A DNA stretch of 64,000 nt from a virus: positions 72,484 to 136,483 of the IMG/VR virus record IMGVR_UViG_3300030329_006380; one strand, 5' to 3'. A model generated the notes under the pieces. The model saw only the letters and a program-made list of their open reading frames with translations, was not told the DNA's origin and did not search any database. This document shows, piece after piece, positions 10,457 to 20,291 of the stretch (positions are counted from its first letter, which is position 1; each line of letters begins with the position of its first letter). Made by a program: the position numbers and the translations under genes.

Positions 10457-11553
10457 TAGTCACAAGGATCCTCATATTCTTCAGGTCTATAGATATTGGG
10501 CCTGATTGATGGGGCAACGCCCTCTTCACATTGAATTTGCAAATCAGAGAAAACATCATTCTTCACGCCACCTTCAATTATGTTGCGGCATAATACCGGA
10601 GGATCTATTTCCTCGTCAACAAAAAAATCAAAATAATATTCAACATCTGTCGGTGATGCATCCCCGGTCAGCAATGTTGTTATATCGTCCATTCGCGACC
10701 CCTCAAAAAGTGTCTCTGATTCTGGAACGTCGATTAAGATACCGTCAACAACTAAATTTCTTGTTGGGTCCTTCTTGAATCGCAATGGCTCAAGTTGAGC
10801 CGGAACTGTTATGTTTCCGGAAGTATCAACCTCTGCCTCTTTCAATACTTTAAATATCTCAATATCAAAATTTTTTCTTTGTAATGCATCTGCATTTTCT
10901 TCTAAAACCTCTAAAACAATATGATTTTTAACTATCTTTACATACGCTGTTTGATCTTGCTGGGTGATTGTTAAATCATCCAAAACCACTTCAGAATCGT
11001 GACCGGGATCATCAAAATCATCAGCACCAACAAAACCTCTAAATCCTAAGGACGATGTCCAATATGGCTCAATATTTATTTGAGGTATTTTTGCAATAGA
11101 TACCCTATCATCCCCTATACTGCCACTAATCTTAGATGATAGGGCACGTATACTCCACTGTGGGGCCTTCTGATTGCTGACAGAAGAATTCCCAAGCGGC
11201 GAGGATAGTGAATAAAATTTATCCTTCACTGGCTGTATTGGCTCTGAAAGAAGCACATTCCTGCTTTCGGCGGGCGAAGATCCAAATTTCTTCTCCATTT
11301 TTCTATTAATATCAACAAATTCAGACTCGATTCCATAGTACAAATATTGAGCCTTGGTTCGAACAGTTTCTTTGATTCTCTGCACAATATCATTTTGATT
11401 CTCTTCGAAGCCGCCATACTCGGAATCATACAATATATCATCATCATAGAAGGCATAATAAACCGGCTTAAATAAACCACGGGATAATTTTGCCTTCCCA
11501 AATTGTGTCAACTCTATATCAATAACTTCTTCTTTTTTATTAAAAAAGGTCAT
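10456..11553 (-). CDS. Virion structural protein, N-terminal paralog of 2564..3526
   Basis: 365 aa. N-terminus IDIELTQFGKAKLSRGLFKPVYYAFYDDDILY. ATGA overlap with the upstream gene. Confidence 0.55.
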   Translation of the reverse strand: MTFFNKKEEVIDIELTQFGKAKLSRGLFKPVYYAFYDDDILYDSEYGGFEENQNDIVQRIKETVRTKAQYLYYGIESEFVDINRKMEKKFGSSPAESRNVLLSEPIQPVKDKFYSLSSPLGNSSVSNQKAPQWSIRALSSKISGSIGDDRVSIAKIPQINIEPYWTSSLGFRGFVGADDFDDPGHDSEVVLDDLTITQQDQTAYVKIVKNHIVLEVLEENADALQRKNFDIEIFKVLKEAEVDTSGNITVPAQLEPLRFKKDPTRNLVVDGILIDVPESETLFEGSRMDDITTLLTGDASPTDVEYYFDFFVDEEIDPPVLCRNIIEGGVKNDVFSDLQIQCEEGVAPSIRPNIYRPEEYEDPCD

Positions 11554-14500
11554 TCGTTTATACCTTCATGTATTCTTGATTTTTCGTGGCCCTCTGGAAT
11601 TTCATCGGGCTCGGAACTTAATGCAACTTCAGCCTCTAGATTAACTAATTCAACAAAAGAAAAATAATCATACGGCCAATTATAACTATATCCCCTTGTG
11701 ACCGCATGATTAACATTAGTCATGGGAGAGGCACCAACACGATTTAATAAATCAAGCCTTTCAAGCCTTTTTGTCAGCGACATACCAGGAATTGGAGTAT
11801 AATCCGTAAGTGTCGACAGCTTGACTGCATCTCCATAATTATTTAAAGCTCTTTGCTTTACCTTAAAGACCATCCATCTTAATTCTTTTCCCACTTTTTT
11901 GGTGGGATCAAAAAAAGCAGTTCTCAAACTAGGATGGACCACCGAAATTTCAGAAACGTCGGGTATACGGGCAGACTCCTCATGAGAACTGTGGCCCGTG
12001 GGTATCGGACCCCTTGTCTTGTTAGTTGCTGGTAAAAGATTTTGCCAAATATTCGCTAAATCTTGACCAGAAAACTTATAATTAAATTCAAACACAAACA
12101 TCACTGCCGGAGTTACTTCCTCAAATTCAACAAAATTAAAGGAAGGCGGAAAGACATACTTGTCCATCATTGCAACAATATTCACAATAGACCTGTGCGG
12201 AGGGTCGTCAATGACTTCCTGTGGTATTCCGGTGAAATCTAATTCACTTGTGGCGCCTTTGAGTTTCTTCTTGGCATATTCTATGTGATCGCGTGGGATA
12301 GTAAAAAATTCCTTTTCATTGCTGTTATTTAACATAAAAGGCACAGCAACAACTGCTTCGAAAACTTCTCTGGTTTTCTGGGGCATGTCGCCAATCTTGA
12401 TTTTGGCGCCGCCACCAACAAATTGCGCTGCTGTTCTAAAAGTTTCTCCCTCCATCGAAGAAAATCCCAAAACTTTCGCTAGGGATCCAGTCATTGTATG
12501 GTCGGTGGCGAATTTATAGTCCTCAACCGAAAGATATATACCCTTATCCACACTCGGCAAAGATCCATACTGATGCCACATACCGCGGGATAAACATTCG
12601 CTTCCATAAGCTCCAGATGTTACCGAGACACTTTGAAAATCTAATACCGGGCATTCAAATTTTGGCGAAATAACCCACTGAGATTCGGGATTCCCCGAGG
12701 AAGGATCGTTTGATATTGACTGTATGCCACCTGCTTCCGAAAAGGATATCTGCTTTCTTTTAACAATGTTAAATAGATTAACAGAAGAATCCAATTGCAT
12801 TCTTTGGGCGCCTGGCCCAGTATATACATATGCGAAGGAAAAAAAGCCCTCCTCGTGAGCAGGAGTAGATCTTCTAAAAGTTACACTGCTGGAATTGATG
12901 ATCTCCATTAAAGTATATTCTTTATTTTCTAGAACAGTATCGCCGGCCGGGAAAGTGATAATTGCTTGTGCGCCCTTCTCTGTTCCAAAGTAAGGAGGTG
13001 TATGAGGCCAATAAACTGAGGCGGTGTTGCTATAGTTTGTAGGTATGCTAAGTACCCCAAATTGAACAGCGCTTGGCGGACCAAAAGCCGATGCTCTATT
13101 GTACATTGTAAAATCTTTTGTTTGCCTTAGATTTATTTCCATCGCATATCTACCAAAACTTTGATTATCGAAACTTATTTTATTAACCGGTTTGCTAACA
13201 ATGGCGCCTGGTCCTCGTTTTTTTAAAAAGAAGTTCATCGTCTCAGCCAAAAAATTATTCATTGCAATGCTGTAAAGAGGGTCAGGTTGAACAGACGGAT
13301 TAAAAGAAGCCGTGAGATTAAGAGAAGCAGACGGATGAGGTTCATTGTCAATTATCTTAATTGATTGATTAGCAAGACTTGCGCCACTCGGGCCTGGAAA
13401 ATAAATTTCCGGAAACATTAACCCTTCAAAAGGTATTCGGTCGTCATAGTTTTGTGCAATGGACATCTGAGGTACGTGCTCAGGAATTGTTGAGGTGCCA
13501 ACACTGGCAGAAGGATTTAGTTCCGAAGACACATGCACAGGGTAGTCAACCGCTATGCCCGATTTAATACTATTAAAAAGAATTCCGGGAGCATACAACG
13601 CAGAGGCTATCGGCCTGTATCTAACGGGCGCAGTTACTCTTTCATCATCTGAATCTGCGCCTGACGATGTCAGCGCGTTAGCATATGAACTAGAAAACAA
13701 GCTTGCAACTTTCAGCGCTCTTTGCGCAGGATAAAAGCCTTCATATGGTAAAAATTTCTTAAAAGCCTTACATGTTAGTGTGATGGCAGAAGCGTTATTG
13801 GATTCATGGTCTTTCCGGAACACATCAAAAAATTTCATAAAATCAGAATGTAGATATTCGCGACAAAAGGAGCTAAACGAACTGTCACTCGATGCTGCGC
13901 CGGTCAAAGAAAATAAAGAATCTCTTGTTGCAGAGAAATCCGACAAATTGTCTTTAATATAATATTCTAAGTGCTCACTTATTCTAAATTCTGGTATGAG
14001 ACTATATTCTTTTCCTTGGGCGCGCATGACTTCCGCATATGATTCATATGAAGTATAATATGGTTCTAATCCAGACTGCGTGGCTGCCTCCCACATCGTG
14101 TCGCCGGCTATTTCAGGAAATGATGCAGTTGCTGCATCAGAAACTGTTCTTCGCGCATACACGGCGCCGGCTTTGAGTTTATACTCGTTTGCTGGCATCA
14201 AGAGAGAACCGGAATGCCAACGCACGTAAGATGCCTGGAGTGCGCCTGCGCCATCAGTTTTGTTGGCATACCCCGGAACTGCTGTTGCAAAATCTGCTCT
14301 TGCATCCAGCGGCCACACGCTTTCGGTTGGGATTGTTTCACCAAAATCGTTAATACGATTAGTTTTTGTTCTATCAGCACGCGTGGAGTTCCAAAGATGA
14401 TTATATGTAAACTGCGTTCTTGCACGTGTACCAGAAAGATATGTATTTGCCTCAGCCGGATATACAATTTCTCGATATATCATATTCCTGAATATGCTTT

Positions 14501-17500
14501 TTCCTGCTGGAATATTGCCAAGTCTTTCGCGTTCAGAAGGAGAACGGAAATTTAAACTATAATCTTGGTACAGTTGATCATAAGTCTGGGTTCTCTCATC
14601 ATTGTCTGATCCGAACAACTCCAGATTCAGATCTCTATTTGTAAATCTAGTTTTGTTGTTTCCATAACTGTGATCGACTTTATATCTAAGGCCCTCGGGG
14701 GCGCCGGCAACAGCAAATTCATGGCTAATATATTTATGTTTTGATGTTATCGGAGGCTCTGTATATTGCTTGAGAGAGGTACTTTTGGAAAATTTGAAAG
14801 TTGCTCCCTCGTGGGCTCTCTCTTCTGTTTTCACTATTGAGAATCTATTGTGTTGGACCTCGTCTCTTCTAATTGGATGATTTCTTCCTCTGATTTGCTT
14901 CCAAGAGGGCCAGCCATAAGGACCTTGGCGATGGTGGATGAGAGCGTTTAAAACACCAGCATAGGAAACCCAAGACGGCCAGTCCGCGTTCCTTTTAATG
15001 GTGGAGATATTCTGATAATTCGACAAATCATCAAAATCACCACCAATACAGTTTGTCGGGCAATCAAAACTAGAGTATCCTAAAATATTACTTGAAGCTG
15101 TTATTGGTTCATATATATGATAATTTAAGCCGGCGAAATCAGTACGTAAAAACCCAGTTGCACTCGCTGCGTCAGATTGTGCCAGAGTAATACCAAATTC
15201 TCGATTCGGATACGGAACAGTACTACCGAGTTCACTCGCACTCAAGAAGTTAATCTCATCTTCTTCCAGCGCATGGCCAAATGGTAAAGAAGAAGCAACC
15301 GCGGAGGCGGTTATCCATGCATATCCCGAGTCTTGCGCCGGTATTGGCCTTTGGATAAATTCATTATCATATATACTGGCTGTGGAAAAAGCGCTGCCAT
15401 CGCCTGGATCGCTGGCTGTATCAAATCCCGCATTGTATTTAATGCGGCGAAAACCATTTCTTTGAATTTTTCTAAAAGATGCCGAAGGTGCAGAAGTATA
15501 CCAACTGGCAACATCATCTTCGTGAGACGAATGGCCGCCCGGGCCACAATGTATTGAAGCAAAATCATTTAAAACCTGACGAACGTTAAAGTTTCTATAA
15601 TTCAAGCAATTATAAATAGAATATTCGGCTGATAGGGCGTCGAGGCCGGGACCGCCATCAGTATCACCCATAGTTTCGGGGCCACCAGGAGCAGAAAATC
15701 TTTCAACGATTACATGTTTCCCGCGGGCGCGTATTGGCTTCGTATAATCCTTTAACCCACCAACTAAACCAGAATCTGCGGTCGTACTTAAATTAAAACT
15801 ATCTTTTGCGAAATCCAAATCACTGGATTCTAAATCTCCGCCTTCCGTATCAACAAACCATCGATTGTTGAGTCTTCGATTGGAAGTCTGGACAATCTGA
15901 TAATCCTTTTCATAATTTCCTAGGAAATTTGATGCAGTAGTGTGCTGAATGTTTTTAATATTAATCGGTCGCCTTGACGTGCCGTCTTTATAAAAATCAG
16001 ACCTAGGGAGATGATATCTAGCATTACCAAATGGATTGTTTCTCGGGTTAACGATCTTCAGCTTAGTTGTGTCAGCATAAACTCTAAACGCTTCTGCGCG
16101 TGTATCTTGCGTATCTGTACCATCACTAACAAAATTCGAACGATGGGGCATGCCACCAACATGAGTTCTAGTGAATGGGCCCTGCAGTGGTCTCTCATAC
16201 TCCGGGCCGTAAACATCTTCGTGAAGGCCGGTTATATCAATTTTAATACTCTCCGGAGTGCTTAAAGTATGCAGATCGGTGACACCATAACCAACATCTA
16301 CGGATGAGCTATAAATACTAAAGGGAAAAGCCATATCTCCGGTGGGGGCTGCATCACCTGCGCCGTCTTGTATTTGAACATCTAGCTTTTCTTTTTGTAT
16401 GAGTTCTGAATAATCGACTGTATTGATTCTTCTATCGATAAATAGTTTTGAGGAACCATCTCTTGTTATAACGTTTGCCTGTAAAGTTGAATTTGCTCTG
16501 CCGCTTTTATATAAATCATATTTCTTTTGCGTAGGAAAGTTCACGCCACCTTTAATGTATTTGTCATGACCAAACGTTGTTCGCAAAGCAGTTTGTCTTT
16601 TTCTATCGGTTGTACGCTGAAGAACATCGGCAATTGTCTGTCGACTTGTATCAACAGAAGTATCACCGCTAGTCAAATCAGGATCACTTCTCTCTGTTCT
16701 AGTTTTCCACCACAGCACATTATCTTTCTGAGACTTTGAAATAGGAGCGTGACTAACACTCCAGTTATCTGACATTCGTGCAAAAGATTGCTTGTACAGT
16801 GGTATATTAACATTGTCATCATCGTCAACTGACATTTGTTCTGAAATGCCTTTGGCAACACCTTCAATAATGTTAAGTTTTTCTTCTATAGTGGGGAATT
16901 TAGCTCTATATTTATTTCTCTCTAGAATATGACTCTCAATAACATTCTGTACATTATCGGGCATTCGTGCAGAAACCGGCACAAGCTCCTTAATAAGTTT
17001 ATTAAGCGCACTATCAAACCAGCGATAAAAATCAATAAACCTTTCGACATCCGGAGTATTAGACACTTTAGAAAAGAATATTTCCCTTAATTTTTCTAAA
17101 CCTTTATACCCGTCACGATAGCGATGTACTGGGTCGCCAATTAAATTACTAAAAGCTGCAATCGTAGAGAACATATTAATCATCTCTTCCGAAATATTTT
17201 GATACATGCTTTTTTCAATCGACAAGAAGTAAGTTGTTGGTCTCTCGTCTCTACCAAAAGTCTCCTCAGCGGATCCAGTTATGATATTTACCATATCATA
17301 GCTATTCATAATCTCAGGTAAGGATTTCTTTGCGGATTGTACATGTTCAACCACAATCGCGCCGTTATGATCGGTCGGGAAATCATAGCCAACGCCGGGG
17401 TGGTGAGTCAACGCTATTTTTCCTATTGTACCATAATCACCTTGCGCAGTTGTTGAGCCTGACGAAATGTCAGTAACTGTAAAGGCTTCAACTGAAGAAT

Positions 17501-20288
17501 CTCCGGATCCAGTAAGATTGCTGAAATCCCAATGTAGTGCCAGAGTTTTAACCTGAGGGTGGTGGGATCCCGTCAACACATATGTACCGGCGCCGGAGGG
17601 GGAGCCACCTAAACCTTCATATAAATACGCATTTCTGTATGGATCTCTGGTTCCGTAGTTCAGTGGACTTCTTGCATGAAAATTAATAGTTTCATTATCT
17701 AGATAATCCAACCAATATCTTACAGAGGATATCTTAGCATAAGATTGCTGTAATACTGCACCAGTAAAATTAGTTCTGTGTGCACCAACAAATATCCTTT
17801 TGCGATCGGATAAAAACCTAGTTCCGGGAGTTTCATCAATAGTACCGTGTATGTGAAAGCTACTAGATTGATTTGACAAGATAGAATGTACACCATAGAA
17901 ATCTACATCATATGTGCTGGGGCTTGTCCCATTATATGTGGAATCACCTATTAGTGACTGAGGAGTTCTTGAAGGTTTAACCCTAATGGCAAAATTCCAC
18001 CGTTTATTGTCAAATACGTTAACAAATACACTGCTGCTTAACGTAGGAAAATTATTTTGAGAACTGGACAAATAGAATCTGGCATTTCGGCTATATCTAC
18101 TATTTCTAACTGCATAAACATGAAAGCTACCAGAATCTGAGGTATCCCATGTCATATCTGCATCGGCGCTGCCAGACGCTTTGGAATGGCCACCGAATAA
18201 AGAACACGTTACTGGTACCTCAAAGAAATTTTTATCCTGCGGAAATGCCACGCGCGGGAATATACACTCAGCTTCCACTGTTACAGCGTGATCTTTTTCA
18301 CGTAAAATCAAACCTGATCCACTTATATAAGATAAGGAATCGCTTATCGCGCTAGATGTTTGCTGAAATACTGTTGCATTAAAGCTACCAGTATTATAAA
18401 AATTAACATATCTTTTTTTCTCGACAACTTCTCGATAATGATCTTCAAAAGTATAAGTTTCATTATCAGCATATAAGTTAATTCTTAAAAGTTCCTCATC
18501 AACGCCAAAGCAATGAAAAAGATTTCTAAAAGATTTTTCCGTACCTTTCGACTTATAAATATAAATCAAATTATTATATATATTTTTATAAATTAAATTT
18601 TTAATATCATGTATGGTGTCTCTATAGAGCCTGTCTTCATCTCTATCCTTAAAAAATTCTAAAATCTCTGCATCTGCAAATAACTCTGGGGCGGGGAACC
18701 CACGAGACTCCAACATACGGTCAACAAATGGATACGGTTTAAAACTACTAGTGGCTACGTGGGACCCAGAAGTGTATTCAATGGCAGAGAGAGAGGGCAG
18801 GACCTCAACTTGCAAATGAAGCATATCAAAATAGCTAGCTATTATCTGAGTTAAGTGTTTTAACTCGCTGGTACCTTCTTCCTCGTCTTCTTCAATAATC
18901 CACGCAGGTACGCTTTTAATAATGGATGCATTATTGGTATAATCATACTCTTGGCCAACCTTAACCTTCTCATCGTAATAAGAAGATACATCCGGGTGAT
19001 CTGAATAAATAATTGGATCCTTGGTTTCAAATTCTGCCGCCGATGCAGAAACAATAGCTGAGCCAACATTTCTTGATGCATCGCCCACATAACCAGTCCA
19101 TGTTGCGTTAGAGACTCTTCCAGAATAATCTAACACTTTAGAATCGCGAGTGGATTTGCCAGTAATCCCCTCATTAAATTTAAAATAAATCCCCAGAGAA
19201 GTGTTTGACGTATCAGTGTTAGTGCCACCATCAACTTGTGTAAACCAATTCCTACCAATATCGCGAGAAGTCCTGGATTCCTTCCAAAATCTGAATTCAT
19301 CTAGCGAGCCTGAGAATTTGCCCCACCCTTTCATATCATCGCCAAATGTGTGATATATATTGCCTGAGGGAGCAGTCAGGAGCCCACCAATGTTCATTTG
19401 ACTTCCGGTACTAATTATCTCGGTTAGGCCGCCGCCGCCGAAAGTATTAAGCGTTTGATTTAATTCGCCATTAACATAGAATTTTAATAAATTTCTAACG
19501 GCGCCGGATACGATCGAAAAAGCATAATGATTCCACCCGTCTAGCAGGCTAGCCGTTGTAAAGCCACTACCTATCATCTGATTGCTGTATCCGGATGTTC
19601 CGGACATATATGTAACTCTAAAGGGTGAATCATCTGCTGTTGTACTAGCACTCACTTCAATAGTAAATCGACCATATTCAACACTAGATGAAGGTGCACC
19701 ATTCCAGAGGTCAAATATTACCTCTTTGCTGGTTAGTGCCAGACCTGCATATGCTTCCTTCTTTAACCAAAACTCAACAGTGGACCCGGACCCGTTAAGC
19801 CCAATGTTAAAAGTTTGACCGGTGGCGCTTTCAAAAACATTGTCAACATTTATACTCTGTGACACATGGATATACTCATAGGATGCCGTTGCGGGGGCGC
19901 CATAATCACCTATTGTCTCTACTTTGTTCCCCCAGCCTGCGCATGCTAAATTTATATATCCATTAGTCTTGGGGTATTCATTCTTAAAAATATGTAAATC
20001 TAAATAAGAAGAACTAAGCTCCCACAGTGTCTTTTCATATCCAGAGCCATCATACGGATACGTATGTATGATTCTTCTTATTGAGTCTTTATAGTATTTT
20101 TCAGCCGATCCATATTTTGCAAAATTCTCAGGCACATACAGATCAACATGAGGAATTGATCTATCTTTATTCTTTACATAAGCATCAATATAATTTTCTG
20201 ATTCGACTTCTTCGCCTAATTTTCTCAGCGATTTGCCAACTAAAGCGCTAGAAGCTTCTTCATTTCTAAAAAGATCTTTTATAGCCAT
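11550..20288 (-). CDS. Giant baseplate wedge/tail protein with LamG (ConA-like) domain(s)
   Basis: 2912 aa. LamG motifs TVEFWLK...WNHYAFS...FYVNGEL...FSGSLDEFRFW, a second LamG-like unit (RWNFAIRV...ISSVRYW), and the wedge-type motif NNLIYIYKSKGT. Confidence 0.7.
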   Translation of the reverse strand: MAIKDLFRNEEASSALVGKSLRKLGEEVESENYIDAYVKNKDRSIPHVDLYVPENFAKYGSAEKYYKDSIRRIIHTYPYDGSGYEKTLWELSSSYLDLHIFKNEYPKTNGYINLACAGWGNKVETIGDYGAPATASYEYIHVSQSINVDNVFESATGQTFNIGLNGSGSTVEFWLKKEAYAGLALTSKEVIFDLWNGAPSSSVEYGRFTIEVSASTTADDSPFRVTYMSGTSGYSNQMIGSGFTTASLLDGWNHYAFSIVSGAVRNLLKFYVNGELNQTLNTFGGGGLTEIISTGSQMNIGGLLTAPSGNIYHTFGDDMKGWGKFSGSLDEFRFWKESRTSRDIGRNWFTQVDGGTNTDTSNTSLGIYFKFNEGITGKSTRDSKVLDYSGRVSNATWTGYVGDASRNVGSAIVSASAAEFETKDPIIYSDHPDVSSYYDEKVKVGQEYDYTNNASIIKSVPAWIIEEDEEEGTSELKHLTQIIASYFDMLHLQVEVLPSLSAIEYTSGSHVATSSFKPYPFVDRMLESRGFPAPELFADAEILEFFKDRDEDRLYRDTIHDIKNLIYKNIYNNLIYIYKSKGTEKSFRNLFHCFGVDEELLRINLYADNETYTFEDHYREVVEKKRYVNFYNTGSFNATVFQQTSSAISDSLSYISGSGLILREKDHAVTVEAECIFPRVAFPQDKNFFEVPVTCSLFGGHSKASGSADADMTWDTSDSGSFHVYAVRNSRYSRNARFYLSSSQNNFPTLSSSVFVNVFDNKRWNFAIRVKPSRTPQSLIGDSTYNGTSPSTYDVDFYGVHSILSNQSSSFHIHGTIDETPGTRFLSDRKRIFVGAHRTNFTGAVLQQSYAKISSVRYWLDYLDNETINFHARSPLNYGTRDPYRNAYLYEGLGGSPSGAGTYVLTGSHHPQVKTLALHWDFSNLTGSGDSSVEAFTVTDISSGSTTAQGDYGTIGKIALTHHPGVGYDFPTDHNGAIVVEHVQSAKKSLPEIMNSYDMVNIITGSAEETFGRDERPTTYFLSIEKSMYQNISEEMINMFSTIAAFSNLIGDPVHRYRDGYKGLEKLREIFFSKVSNTPDVERFIDFYRWFDSALNKLIKELVPVSARMPDNVQNVIESHILERNKYRAKFPTIEEKLNIIEGVAKGISEQMSVDDDDNVNIPLYKQSFARMSDNWSVSHAPISKSQKDNVLWWKTRTERSDPDLTSGDTSVDTSRQTIADVLQRTTDRKRQTALRTTFGHDKYIKGGVNFPTQKKYDLYKSGRANSTLQANVITRDGSSKLFIDRRINTVDYSELIQKEKLDVQIQDGAGDAAPTGDMAFPFSIYSSSVDVGYGVTDLHTLSTPESIKIDITGLHEDVYGPEYERPLQGPFTRTHVGGMPHRSNFVSDGTDTQDTRAEAFRVYADTTKLKIVNPRNNPFGNARYHLPRSDFYKDGTSRRPINIKNIQHTTASNFLGNYEKDYQIVQTSNRRLNNRWFVDTEGGDLESSDLDFAKDSFNLSTTADSGLVGGLKDYTKPIRARGKHVIVERFSAPGGPETMGDTDGGPGLDALSAEYSIYNCLNYRNFNVRQVLNDFASIHCGPGGHSSHEDDVASWYTSAPSASFRKIQRNGFRRIKYNAGFDTASDPGDGSAFSTASIYDNEFIQRPIPAQDSGYAWITASAVASSLPFGHALEEDEINFLSASELGSTVPYPNREFGITLAQSDAASATGFLRTDFAGLNYHIYEPITASSNILGYSSFDCPTNCIGGDFDDLSNYQNISTIKRNADWPSWVSYAGVLNALIHHRQGPYGWPSWKQIRGRNHPIRRDEVQHNRFSIVKTEERAHEGATFKFSKSTSLKQYTEPPITSKHKYISHEFAVAGAPEGLRYKVDHSYGNNKTRFTNRDLNLELFGSDNDERTQTYDQLYQDYSLNFRSPSERERLGNIPAGKSIFRNMIYREIVYPAEANTYLSGTRARTQFTYNHLWNSTRADRTKTNRINDFGETIPTESVWPLDARADFATAVPGYANKTDGAGALQASYVRWHSGSLLMPANEYKLKAGAVYARRTVSDAATASFPEIAGDTMWEAATQSGLEPYYTSYESYAEVMRAQGKEYSLIPEFRISEHLEYYIKDNLSDFSATRDSLFSLTGAASSDSSFSSFCREYLHSDFMKFFDVFRKDHESNNASAITLTCKAFKKFLPYEGFYPAQRALKVASLFSSSYANALTSSGADSDDERVTAPVRYRPIASALYAPGILFNSIKSGIAVDYPVHVSSELNPSASVGTSTIPEHVPQMSIAQNYDDRIPFEGLMFPEIYFPGPSGASLANQSIKIIDNEPHPSASLNLTASFNPSVQPDPLYSIAMNNFLAETMNFFLKKRGPGAIVSKPVNKISFDNQSFGRYAMEINLRQTKDFTMYNRASAFGPPSAVQFGVLSIPTNYSNTASVYWPHTPPYFGTEKGAQAIITFPAGDTVLENKEYTLMEIINSSSVTFRRSTPAHEEGFFSFAYVYTGPGAQRMQLDSSVNLFNIVKRKQISFSEAGGIQSISNDPSSGNPESQWVISPKFECPVLDFQSVSVTSGAYGSECLSRGMWHQYGSLPSVDKGIYLSVEDYKFATDHTMTGSLAKVLGFSSMEGETFRTAAQFVGGGAKIKIGDMPQKTREVFEAVVAVPFMLNNSNEKEFFTIPRDHIEYAKKKLKGATSELDFTGIPQEVIDDPPHRSIVNIVAMMDKYVFPPSFNFVEFEEVTPAVMFVFEFNYKFSGQDLANIWQNLLPATNKTRGPIPTGHSSHEESARIPDVSEISVVHPSLRTAFFDPTKKVGKELRWMVFKVKQRALNNYGDAVKLSTLTDYTPIPGMSLTKRLERLDLLNRVGASPMTNVNHAVTRGYSYNWPYDYFSFVELVNLEAEVALSSEPDEIPEGHEKSRIHEGINE

Positions 20289-20291
20289 AAT

